Assembly: GCA_041750285.1 (NCBI GenBank)
Contig: JBGSZS010000016.1
Coordinates: 1 to 64,000 of the forward strand
Length of the DNA stretch: 64,000 bases
DNA from: Candidatus Fermentibacteraceae bacterium
Lineage (GTDB): Bacteria > Fermentibacterota > Fermentibacteria > Fermentibacterales > JCC-6
Direction: 5' to 3'
In this document: positions 36,999-45,680 of the stretch, piece by piece
Layout of the letters: the number at the start of each line of letters is the position of its first letter
Numbering within the stretch: the stretch's first letter is position 1
Notes under the pieces: model-generated
Told to the model about the DNA's origin: nothing
Databases searched by the model: none
What the model saw: only the letters and a program-made list of their open reading frames with translations
Position numbers and translations under genes: made by a program

Positions 36999-37131
36999 CC
37001 AGGAACACCAGACTTTCGTTCAAAGTGTCCGGGGAATATACACCATCACCGGCGTGCATACCCGGAAAAGGGTGAACACCGTCATCTGAGGCCATTTCAT
37101 GAGCTAAGCGGCAAAAAGACCGGTGAAGGGG

Positions 37132-38025
37132 CTAATCCTCCTCCTTCGCCGGCTCGACATGGATCGAGACGAACGAGGACTTTCCGAACCTGTGGCGGAT
37201 AAGTTCCTCGATGGTCGAGCTCAGTGTGTGGGCTTCCCTGACCTGCATGGCGCCGTCAACACGGATGTGAAGATCGACGGCTATGTCCCTGCCAATGCGC
37301 CTGGTGCGCAGGTTGTGCGGGTCTGCCACGCCGGGGACCGAGCGGGCCAGCCCCATGATCTCGGATTCCACTGTCTCGTCCAGGGATGATTCGATAAGCT
37401 CGCCAAGGCAGCCCGAGAGTATCTCGAACGCCGCCTTGACTATGAAAACGCTCACGACAACAGCTGCCACGGGATCGAGGATGCGCCATTTCTCCCCGAG
37501 GAAGATGGCGCCCCCGATGCCGAACATGGTCCCCACCGATGAGAAGGCATCGGAACGGTGGTGCCAGGCGTTCGCGATGACAGCCCTGCTGTTGATCCGC
37601 TTTCCGGCGGATACCGTGTAACGGTAGAGGACCTCTTTCACCACTATAGAGACAAAAGCCGCGATCAAGGCAATCACCCCGGGGGCCTCGGGTGTCTGCC
37701 CGCCGATGCATGCCCATATCCGGGTGGCCCCCGCCCAGAAAACCCCGGCTCCCACGAGCAGCAGGACCGCCCCGATGATGGTCGCCGCCAGGGTCTCGAG
37801 CTTGCCGTGGCCGTAGTCGTGGCTTTTGTCTACCGGTCTTCCCGAAAACCTCAGCCCCGCCAGAACCACAATGTCGGTTGCGAAATCCGACACGGAGTGC
37901 ACCGCGTCGGCTATCATCGCCGGGCTGTGCCCGACTGCGCCCGCCGTGAACTTGAAGGCGGTGAGCACAAGGTTCCAGACGAACCCCACCCATGTCACCC
38001 TGACCGCGGACACCGTTTCAGCCAT
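37132..38025 (-). CDS. Cation diffusion facilitator (FieF-like) transporter
   Basis: ADAVHSVSD, HDYGHGKLE, NAWHHRSD, IHVEP. Confidence 0.92.
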   Translation of the reverse strand: MAETVSAVRVTWVGFVWNLVLTAFKFTAGAVGHSPAMIADAVHSVSDFATDIVVLAGLRFSGRPVDKSHDYGHGKLETLAATIIGAVLLLVGAGVFWAGATRIWACIGGQTPEAPGVIALIAAFVSIVVKEVLYRYTVSAGKRINSRAVIANAWHHRSDAFSSVGTMFGIGGAIFLGEKWRILDPVAAVVVSVFIVKAAFEILSGCLGELIESSLDETVESEIMGLARSVPGVADPHNLRTRRIGRDIAVDLHIRVDGAMQVREAHTLSSTIEELIRHRFGKSSFVSIHVEPAKEED

Positions 38026-38033
38026 CCTGCCTT

Positions 38034-39266
38034 TCAGAGAGAGGGGTCGGTAACCCTTCCCATGAACAGCACCGTATCGGAGAGGTCGTCGATGATGATG
38101 AAAACGAAGGGCCTGTCAAGCAGGAAGAGCTCGGGAGGGTCGGACGGCATGGCGCTGGTGGCCATTATAACGCCCGTGGCGGCAGCGGCTTCGGTGCCCG
38201 TCTCGTCAACCTTGACGAAGGCCTTGTGAACGACGGCCGTTATGAACAGGTCCCGCCCGCCGGTGAACCCGCTGAAATCGGCGCGGGAGGGGTCGAAGGC
38301 GTCAACCATCCCCATGTCGGAAAGCGCAGGCGATAGGGAGTAGTCGGTGGTGAACTCGAAGGGAGGCATCACGACGGCCACCTCACGCACTGCCAGACCC
38401 CCTGTAACCTCATCCAGCATGGCCGGGTCGAGGTCCTGCTGGAACCGGTTGAAGTCACCGTCGGGGAACAGGATGATCATGCGGCTCTGAAGGTCGGAGT
38501 ACTGCATTGCAATTGCCCTGAAACCGTCGCCCCGGTAGAACGGGATGTGCATCGTCCTGCTCATGAACGGGACGGTGACCTCTTCGCCTTCGAGTTTGGT
38601 GAACGAGCCGTCGCGGGTCAGTTCGGGGTTGAACTGGAAGCGCCAGTTGCCCTGGAAGTAGACTGCGCTCGTGAGCACCACCCTGGTGGCGTTGGTGACC
38701 GTGCCCGGACCCAGAAGATCCTTTATCCGATCCATGGTCCGGTCCTCGACCCAGTCGTTTATGACCACCCTCTGGGCATCGGGGTCTCCCGCGAAATCCA
38801 TGTTCCGGGCTTCGGCCCCGTAGTACTCTGTGACCAGGGAGACGTAGCTGTCCAGAAGCGGGTAGTTTCCGTCGACCCAGAGTGCGTTGGCGATGTTCAG
38901 GGTTATGGGATCCTCCCCGGGTTCGATCCCCTCGCGTGCGATCAGTCCGAAAAGGCGGCTGAACCCGTTGTGAACCGCAGTTTGATGGTCACCGAAACCC
39001 AGCGCCCCGGCCATCCCGGCTTCGGTACCGCCCCGGGCGCCGGCCCAGGCCATTCCCAGAGCCGAGGAGATGCAGAACGGCGAGAACATCACGTTGTCTT
39101 CGCCGGCGTCCTGGCACAGCCTTTCGAAGAGATCGAAGGCGAATTCGGTGTTCCCCTCGCGAAGGTCCTGAAAACCCGTATCCGGGAAAGTGTTGTCCAC
39201 GGGCCTCGAGGCTCCGCAGGCCGAAACGAGGAGTACGATGAGGACGGGGGTGAACGGCTTTTTCAT
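38034..39266 (-). CDS. Serpin family lipoprotein
   Basis: Lipobox VSAC; NVMFSPFCISSAL, INDWV, AVYFQGNW, hinge VDETGTEAAAAT, DRPFVF, LFMGRVTDP. Confidence 0.93.
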   Translation of the reverse strand: MKKPFTPVLIVLLVSACGASRPVDNTFPDTGFQDLREGNTEFAFDLFERLCQDAGEDNVMFSPFCISSALGMAWAGARGGTEAGMAGALGFGDHQTAVHNGFSRLFGLIAREGIEPGEDPITLNIANALWVDGNYPLLDSYVSLVTEYYGAEARNMDFAGDPDAQRVVINDWVEDRTMDRIKDLLGPGTVTNATRVVLTSAVYFQGNWRFQFNPELTRDGSFTKLEGEEVTVPFMSRTMHIPFYRGDGFRAIAMQYSDLQSRMIILFPDGDFNRFQQDLDPAMLDEVTGGLAVREVAVVMPPFEFTTDYSLSPALSDMGMVDAFDPSRADFSGFTGGRDLFITAVVHKAFVKVDETGTEAAAATGVIMATSAMPSDPPELFLLDRPFVFIIIDDLSDTVLFMGRVTDPSL

Positions 39267-39433
39267 GTCATTCCCTTCATTGCCGCAGAGAGCAGCCTTG
39301 TCACGAACTGCCTGAAGCTAATACAACAGGCGTCCGGATGCATTCCCCGGCCGGATGCTTCCCCGTGCGGGAGTGGAACCGTATACTTGAACCTCGGGCA
39401 AACACGGCATGGGTTCAACGATCGGGGGAGGGC

Positions 39434-41485
39434 GTGGTTTCAGTGTATCTGAGGATTGTCATGCTGCTTCTGCTCACGGGGTCCGTGCTGGCGGGCGAGA
39501 TCAGGCAGGGGTTCAGGCTCGAACCCGGTGAGTTCGGAGTGAATGATTTCGACGGCGGCGTGATACCCTGGTGCAGTTCCGGTGTGGTGGGCTTCGAAGA
39601 GGGGCTTCCGAACCTGCCGGTTGTATCGGTGTGCTTCGTCATACCTCAGGGCACATCGGTAGCGGGGGCGACCATCGAGGTGCTTGCCGGAACTGATCTG
39701 GACGGTACCCATGACGTTCTTCCCGTACGGTTCACCCCGCTCTCCAGCGCACCTGCTCCCTACTTCAGGCAGCCCTTTGTGTACCTGTCGGACGAACCCT
39801 TTCCCGCAGACCCCGTTGTCGAAACCGCCACCGGGACCAGAACGGGGTTCCAGCTGGGAACGGTCTCGTTCTGCCCCTTCCGCTGGCGTCCCCTTTCAGG
39901 AGGGCTGACCATCATCACCGAAGCCGAGGTGGTGCTCCGTTACCGCGAAGACCCCATGTTCCCGGGGCTTCAGCTCACGCGGGGCCAGATCGACCAGGCC
40001 TCGGCGCTCCTGTCCCACTTCGTCGCCAACCCCGAAGACCTTGCGGCACATGCACCGGCACTCCGCCCTGAGAGCGATGCCTGGCCGGTGTGGGTCGCTG
40101 TCGGGGCCGAATCGTTCGCCTCCGTCCTCCAGCCGCTTGTGGACCACAGGAATTCGACCGGAATGCAGTCGGAGTTCGTCTCACTCGAGTGGATTCAGGA
40201 CAACTACTCCGGGTGGGACACCCAGGAGCAGATCAGGAACTACCTGAAGGACTCGTTCCTCAACCGCGGGCTCCAGTACGCTCTGCTTGTTGGAGACTGG
40301 GGGCCGACCCAGCGCATTTCCAGCCTGATGGTGGGAAGCGACAGCCTGGTGCTGAACGAGACTGCAGACCTATACTTTTCCGACCTCACCAGGATGTGGG
40401 ACGGCGACGGCGACCACCTCTACGGCGAGAACACGGACTGGGTGGACTACTACGCCGACATCACCGTCGGGCGTTTCAGCTCAGACAATCCGAACCACCT
40501 GCAGACAATGGTGAACAAGACGATCGCGTACGAAACCCAGTCCGACCAGGGCCAGTGGCGCACCACTGCCCTGCTCTGCGGAGCGGGCCTCTGGCCCGAC
40601 GTCGAACCCGACGGGTACTGGGGGAGCTTCATCTGCGACTCCATATCCACCCGCATCCCCGGGGACTGGACGCAGCACAAGCTCTACGAAACGTGGGACG
40701 GCCACCCGACGAACCAGATCGACCTTCTCAACCAGGGCGCAAGCTACGTGAGCGATCAGGGCCACGGCGGATCCGGAGGTGTGTACTGGCTCTACGAGCC
40801 CGGCAACATGATAACGAACCAGAACTACACAGGCCTCGAGAACATCAACAGGCTGACCATCCTCCACTCCATGGCGTGCAACCCAGGCCAGCTCTCCGTA
40901 AACGGGTGCAGCGCGGAACGGCTGCTCATGTGGCCCAACGGCGGCGCGGTGGCTGTGATGTACAACTCCAACTACGGCTTCGGAACCCCGCCATCCATGG
41001 GCCCTTCCGAGCACCTCGAACTGCACTTCGCGGAGATGCTTTTCGTCAACGGCGTTGAGCGCATCGGCGACATGCAGGCCGCAGCGAAGGACGCTTTCAA
41101 GGCTGCCGGGGGGATGACACTTCAGAACTGGGTCATGCAGGAGAACAACATGCTGGGCGACCCAGCAACCGTTTTCGTGTCGGTGCAGACAGGCATCGGG
41201 GAAGCGGGCGGGATGGCAGTGGCGCAACTCGGCACGCCGGTTCCCAACCCGTCCGCCGGAACCTTCAGCGTGACGTGGAGCCTTCCCGAGCCTTCAGCTT
41301 TCACGCTCGGCCTTTACGACCTTTGCGGGCGGCTGACCTGGAGCGCCGAACACGCAGGGAGCGTTGAAGCTTCGGGGCAATTCACGGTCTCCCCATCCAA
41401 AGGCCTTCCACCGGGGTGCTACATCCTCAGGCTCGATGCCGGTCGCGTATCCGCCTCGACCATGGTGGTTGTACTGGGGGACTGA
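39434..41485 (+). CDS. Peptidase C25 (gingipain-like) with propeptide and T9SS-type CTD
   Basis: Propeptide GLPNLP; IRNYLK, YALLVGD, DLYF, VGRF; catalytic GHG and MAC; LGDPA; CTD PNP...YDLCGR. GTG start after GGGAGG. Confidence 0.9.
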   Translation: MVSVYLRIVMLLLLTGSVLAGEIRQGFRLEPGEFGVNDFDGGVIPWCSSGVVGFEEGLPNLPVVSVCFVIPQGTSVAGATIEVLAGTDLDGTHDVLPVRFTPLSSAPAPYFRQPFVYLSDEPFPADPVVETATGTRTGFQLGTVSFCPFRWRPLSGGLTIITEAEVVLRYREDPMFPGLQLTRGQIDQASALLSHFVANPEDLAAHAPALRPESDAWPVWVAVGAESFASVLQPLVDHRNSTGMQSEFVSLEWIQDNYSGWDTQEQIRNYLKDSFLNRGLQYALLVGDWGPTQRISSLMVGSDSLVLNETADLYFSDLTRMWDGDGDHLYGENTDWVDYYADITVGRFSSDNPNHLQTMVNKTIAYETQSDQGQWRTTALLCGAGLWPDVEPDGYWGSFICDSISTRIPGDWTQHKLYETWDGHPTNQIDLLNQGASYVSDQGHGGSGGVYWLYEPGNMITNQNYTGLENINRLTILHSMACNPGQLSVNGCSAERLLMWPNGGAVAVMYNSNYGFGTPPSMGPSEHLELHFAEMLFVNGVERIGDMQAAAKDAFKAAGGMTLQNWVMQENNMLGDPATVFVSVQTGIGEAGGMAVAQLGTPVPNPSAGTFSVTWSLPEPSAFTLGLYDLCGRLTWSAEHAGSVEASGQFTVSPSKGLPPGCYILRLDAGRVSASTMVVVLGD

Positions 41486-41531
41486 TGCGACCGGAGGAGC
41501 GCCCGGCGGAGAACCGCCGGGCATGATCCGT

Positions 41532-41948
41532 TCACTCGGCCGATACCGGAGCAGCCTCCATGAGGAGTTCCACGGGAACCATTCCGAGATATGTCCATTC
41601 CTCGGAGGAGAATCCCCCACCGTCCCCGAACAGGCCTGAAACATGATGGTAGAGAACGTATATCTCCGAACCCGCCCCGATCAGGGAAGCGGCTTCGGCA
41701 TCGACGCCGTGCAGAAAGACCCCGGTGTCGACGCCTCCGTTGTACTCCATGAACGTGTCCGCGCTGTGGCCGGTGACGGCCTCCCTGACGCCGACCACCC
41801 GCAAAACGACGTCCAGCCCTCCTGAAGCTTCGTCGTACTCTCCCGCGCCAACGACCTCGGCCCTGCACTCGAACTCGACAAGGACCGACCCGGGGGCCGC
41901 GCCGGCCAGAGCCAGCATGACCGCAGCGTGAAGAACCAGCCCTTTCAT
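41532..41948 (-). CDS. Hypothetical secreted protein
   Basis: ATG 41948 after AGGGAG; signal peptide; acidic beta-rich body. Confidence 0.65.
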   Translation of the reverse strand: MKGLVLHAAVMLALAGAAPGSVLVEFECRAEVVGAGEYDEASGGLDVVLRVVGVREAVTGHSADTFMEYNGGVDTGVFLHGVDAEAASLIGAGSEIYVLYHHVSGLFGDGGGFSSEEWTYLGMVPVELLMEAAPVSAE

Positions 41949-42195
41949 CTCCGTCTCCCTTCCTGGCTTTCGTGGTGGTGAGGGTTCACCCGCCCTCACA
42001 GGACTGATACGCCCGGACAGGGCTCTTTCTTCCCGGAGAACTCTTCCGTGGCAGTAGTGCTCCCGGTGAAAGCTCCCCGGGGTGCTTGCGCAACGCATGC
42101 TGTATTCGGCATAGTGCAGCCCGAACGGAGGGTTTTGGTCTTCCAGCGAAAGCAACCGAACAAGCGTCAACCATGCCACAGAGTAAGGAAAACAA

Positions 42196-43317
42196 ATGGA
42201 GGGCCTCTTTGTCGGATTCACCGCGATGACCTGGCAGAACCTCGTGATGATGGCCATCGGTGCAACACTGATCTACCTGGCGATCAAAAAGGAGTACGAA
42301 CCCGCGCTTCTGCTTCCCATCGGTTTCGGCACCATCCTTGTCAACATCCCATTCTCTTCGGTGCTCGACCAGGTCGAGGGGGGCGGGCTGGTGGCAGGGG
42401 CACTGTCCTACTTCTTCAGGGTGGGCATCCTCACCGAGGTATTCCCTCTTCTGATTTTCGTGGCCATCGGCGCGATGATAGACTTCAGCCCACTGTTCAG
42501 AAGACCCCTTCTCCTCCTCTTCGGGGCTGCGGCCCAATTCGGAATCTTCTTCACCATGACGGCCGCCACCCTGTTCGGATTCGACCTGAGGGAGGCCGCC
42601 TCGATAGGCATCATCGGTTCCGCCGACGGCCCGACATCGATATACGTAGCAAGCCGTTTCGCGCAGAACCTGATCGGTCCCATCTCGGTCGCTGCCTACT
42701 CCTACATGGCGCTGGTGCCCATAATCCAACCACCGGTCATCAGGCTGCTCACATCACGACGGGAACGCCTCATCCGCATGGACGGCCTCCAGAGGCCGAT
42801 CTCCCGCACCACCCTGATCGTCTTCCCCATTCTCGTGACAATACTGACGGGGATGTTTGCGCCGACCGCGACAGCCCTCATCGGATTCCTCATGTTCGGC
42901 AACCTCGTCCGTGAGTGCGGAGTTCTCAAGAAGCTGTCGCTTGCGGCCCAGAATGAGCTGGCCAGCCTTGTCACACTGCTGCTCGGGATCACCATAGCGT
43001 CCACCATGACGGCAGACCGTTTTCTGCAGGTCTCCACGCTGTTCATCATTGCCCTTGGGCTCTGTGCCTTCATCTTCGATACCGCGGGAGGTGTGATCTT
43101 CGCGAAGCTCCTCAACCTTTTCATAAAACGAAAGGTCAACCCCATGATCGGAGCGGCCGGCATATCGGCATTTCCAATGTCGGCGCGGGTCATCCACAAG
43201 ATGGGGAGGCAGGAGGACTCTTCGAATTTCCTGCTGATGCATGCAGTCAGCGCAAACGTCTCAGGCCAGATCGGTTCCGTCCTTGCGGGCGGGTTGATCC
43301 TGGCCCTGGTCAAGTAG
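42196..43317 (+). CDS. oadB: Na+-translocating decarboxylase beta subunit (OadB/MmdB)
   Basis: YEPALLLPIGFG, GAMIDF, IGSADGPTSI, AYSYMALVP, IGAAGISAFPMSAR. Confidence 0.93.
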   Translation: MEGLFVGFTAMTWQNLVMMAIGATLIYLAIKKEYEPALLLPIGFGTILVNIPFSSVLDQVEGGGLVAGALSYFFRVGILTEVFPLLIFVAIGAMIDFSPLFRRPLLLLFGAAAQFGIFFTMTAATLFGFDLREAASIGIIGSADGPTSIYVASRFAQNLIGPISVAAYSYMALVPIIQPPVIRLLTSRRERLIRMDGLQRPISRTTLIVFPILVTILTGMFAPTATALIGFLMFGNLVRECGVLKKLSLAAQNELASLVTLLLGITIASTMTADRFLQVSTLFIIALGLCAFIFDTAGGVIFAKLLNLFIKRKVNPMIGAAGISAFPMSARVIHKMGRQEDSSNFLLMHAVSANVSGQIGSVLAGGLILALVK

Positions 43318-43328
43318 GGGGTGCTCAG

Positions 43329-43490
43329 TTGACAGCGGCAACAGAGGCTGTTTTCAGGGAGGCGCTCGAGATCACAGGCAAGGGCATGATGGCGCTCTTC
43401 GCCTTCATGTTCGTATTCTTCGTGCTCCTGGTCCTTCTGGACAGGCTGTTTCCCGGCAGGAACGACGAGGCAGGCAACCAGGTACTCTGA
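43329..43490 (+). CDS. oadG: OadG-like small membrane subunit (53 aa; not in ORF track)
   Basis: Hand translation MTAATEAVFREALEITGKGMMALFAFMFVFFVLLVLLDRLFPGRNDEAGNQVL; single TM with a GM motif, directly after oadB. Confidence 0.8.
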   Translation: MTAATEAVFREALEITGKGMMALFAFMFVFFVLLVLLDRLFPGRNDEAGNQVL

Positions 43491-43505
43491 CGGGATCAAG
43501 GCTTC

Positions 43506-45650
43506 TCAGAAGAACCGGCTGACCTTCGCATAGACCGTGAACTCAGGTTCCTCGCCGGGAACGCCGTCCTCACCCGAAAGGAAGTGGAAAAAGCTTCCGG
43601 GAAGGTACTCCCAGCTGAAGAGGACGTTGGCCCAGGTGCGGCGGATCGTCTCGGGAGCCTCGCCGTTCTCCCAGACCTTTTCGAAACGGGAGGTCTGGCC
43701 TGTGAGCCTGAGGAGCATGAGGTTGGTGAGCATCCAGGTCGCGGAGAGGTTGAGTGACCTCCAGTCAGTCTCGATGCGATCCCACTCTTCCGCATCCCAG
43801 TTGTACCTGGTGGCGGCGTCCTGCGTGCGCCAGGCGGGCTCGATGTCGATCGAGAGAGGTGGGACCGGCCTGAGGAGAAGGCCCGCCGAGTACCTGTCGG
43901 TGTGGGAATCGAGGTAGGTGTTGCGGTTGTAGGCCGCCCACCCCGCGACCTGCCTTCTGTAGTCGGTCGAGGCCGAAACCCCGCCATAGAAGCCGCCGGT
44001 GTACCACGCCCCTTCCGGCCCCTCGTACCTGTCGAACCAGCGGTCCGTCCAGCCCCCGTTTACGTTGAGGTCGTACCTGTCTACAGTGACGGCGCCGGTC
44101 CAGACATCGACTCCGCTGCCGCAGTTCCTGCCGTCGGCGTCACGGCCCGTGTAAGGGTTGGCGCCCAGCCACGCGCTCTGCAGGAATCCTCCCCGGAAAG
44201 TCCTGGAAGCGCTTGTGTAGACCGACCAGAGGGTCTCGCCCGTCGCCTGCTCGTAGCCCATCACGCCCGGGTCGAAGCCTTCGCCCTTCCTCTCGTAGCG
44301 GAGGTTGATCTCGAAGTTCTCGGGGAAGTAACCGGCTTCGAGCCTTGCTGCGCCGTTGTCCTGTGTGTCCTGAAAACGGTTCCAGGTCATTCCCAGCCTG
44401 CCCTTCAGGAAGATGTCGGGCAGCGGTGAGACCTCTCCGGTGAAGGCGCCGGAGCGGCCGTAGAGGTAGTCGCCGCCCTTCCGGGCCGGGAAGTCCGCGC
44501 TGGTGCCGGAGAACCTCAGCCAGTTGCCCGGCGAGAACTCGTGCAGGAAGGCGCCTGCGGCCCAGGAGCCTGCCGGTTCAACAACTGTGGTGTCTTCCAT
44601 GACCCTTCCCGTGACCACCTCGAGGAAACCGTAGCGCGTTCCGCCGTCCACTCCCGTGATCTTGGCGCCCCCGAGGATGGGGATTATCCCGCCGTTCCAG
44701 GCCACCGATCCGATGCTTCGGGAGTAGAACATGTCGAAGGGCATGTCGAAGATGTCGGTCCCCTCCATGAAGAAGGGGCGCCTCTCCGAGAGCCAGGGCG
44801 CCCAGTGGGAGATGCTTCCCTGATCGGCATCGGATTCGACCTGACCGAAGTCGGGGTTCACCGTCAGGTCCATCACCGCATGCATGCTCATGGGAACCTT
44901 CAGATCGAAGCCGGCGCTTCCCCACAGGTTCTCCCGCCATGGCAGGCCATTGTTGATGTTCAGCCTTCCCGCGCAGAAAGGCCGCCACTCGATACCCGAA
45001 ACCCGGGGAAGGTCTGAAAGGCCCGTGAGTTCGCCGAAACACGAGATGTCCATGCCCCCCTGTTCCCTCATCCGGAACAGGTAGCCCCCCTCGTTGGAGC
45101 TGGTGATGGTCCTGCCGAAATTGATGCCCCAGACCTGAATTTCGTCGGGCGTGTACCTGAGCACCGAGAAGGGAATGGCTATCTCGGCGGTCCACCCCGA
45201 GTCGTTCACCGCGACTGCGCTCGACCACACACCATCCCAGTCACGGTCTTCCCCGCCTATCTCCGTCCTGCGGGAGTCGATCTGGGTCCCCCCCACCGAA
45301 ACCGAGAACATGAAGCAGTTCGAGTCGTCGTTGAAGGTGTCGAGGTAGACTATCACCCTGTCGGTCGCAAGGTCGACGTCCCTGGAAGCCACGGGTCTGG
45401 GTATTCCATGCGGGTCCGCATCGTGCATGTGAAGGCCGAAATAGATGGAACTTTCGTCGTAGAGCACCCTGATGTCTGTGGGCCGGGACATGGGGCAGTC
45501 AACCCTGGGCCGGAAAGCGGTGAAGCACTGGGAAAGCGCTTCGGCAGAGGCCCAGCAGCCGTCATCCAGAATACCGTCGACAACGGGTGGCGTTTCCGTT
45601 CTGATGGCGGTTATTCCGCATACTGCACAAAGAAGCATGTATCCAAACAT
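43506..45650 (-). CDS. CBM9-like / DUF5916 outer-membrane protein (paralogue 2)
   Basis: PVVDGILDD, GWTAEIAIPF, WGINF, NPDFGQVESD, ERRPFFMEG, FYSRSIG. Confidence 0.88.
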   Translation of the reverse strand: MFGYMLLCAVCGITAIRTETPPVVDGILDDGCWASAEALSQCFTAFRPRVDCPMSRPTDIRVLYDESSIYFGLHMHDADPHGIPRPVASRDVDLATDRVIVYLDTFNDDSNCFMFSVSVGGTQIDSRRTEIGGEDRDWDGVWSSAVAVNDSGWTAEIAIPFSVLRYTPDEIQVWGINFGRTITSSNEGGYLFRMREQGGMDISCFGELTGLSDLPRVSGIEWRPFCAGRLNINNGLPWRENLWGSAGFDLKVPMSMHAVMDLTVNPDFGQVESDADQGSISHWAPWLSERRPFFMEGTDIFDMPFDMFYSRSIGSVAWNGGIIPILGGAKITGVDGGTRYGFLEVVTGRVMEDTTVVEPAGSWAAGAFLHEFSPGNWLRFSGTSADFPARKGGDYLYGRSGAFTGEVSPLPDIFLKGRLGMTWNRFQDTQDNGAARLEAGYFPENFEINLRYERKGEGFDPGVMGYEQATGETLWSVYTSASRTFRGGFLQSAWLGANPYTGRDADGRNCGSGVDVWTGAVTVDRYDLNVNGGWTDRWFDRYEGPEGAWYTGGFYGGVSASTDYRRQVAGWAAYNRNTYLDSHTDRYSAGLLLRPVPPLSIDIEPAWRTQDAATRYNWDAEEWDRIETDWRSLNLSATWMLTNLMLLRLTGQTSRFEKVWENGEAPETIRRTWANVLFSWEYLPGSFFHFLSGEDGVPGEEPEFTVYAKVSRFF

Positions 45651-45680
45651 TGGTGAAACATTCCCCGGGTTCCGGAATTG

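Noticed and set aside
37036..37090. Fluoride (crcB) riboswitch resemblance on the minus strand (TGACGGTGTTCACC...TGATG)
   Set aside because: P1 is mismatched and the pseudoknot partner is a direct repeat rather than a complement.
11864..39413. Shared 11-mer CACGGCATGGG in two intergenic regions
   Set aside because: One 11-mer match is expected by chance, and the flanks are dissimilar.
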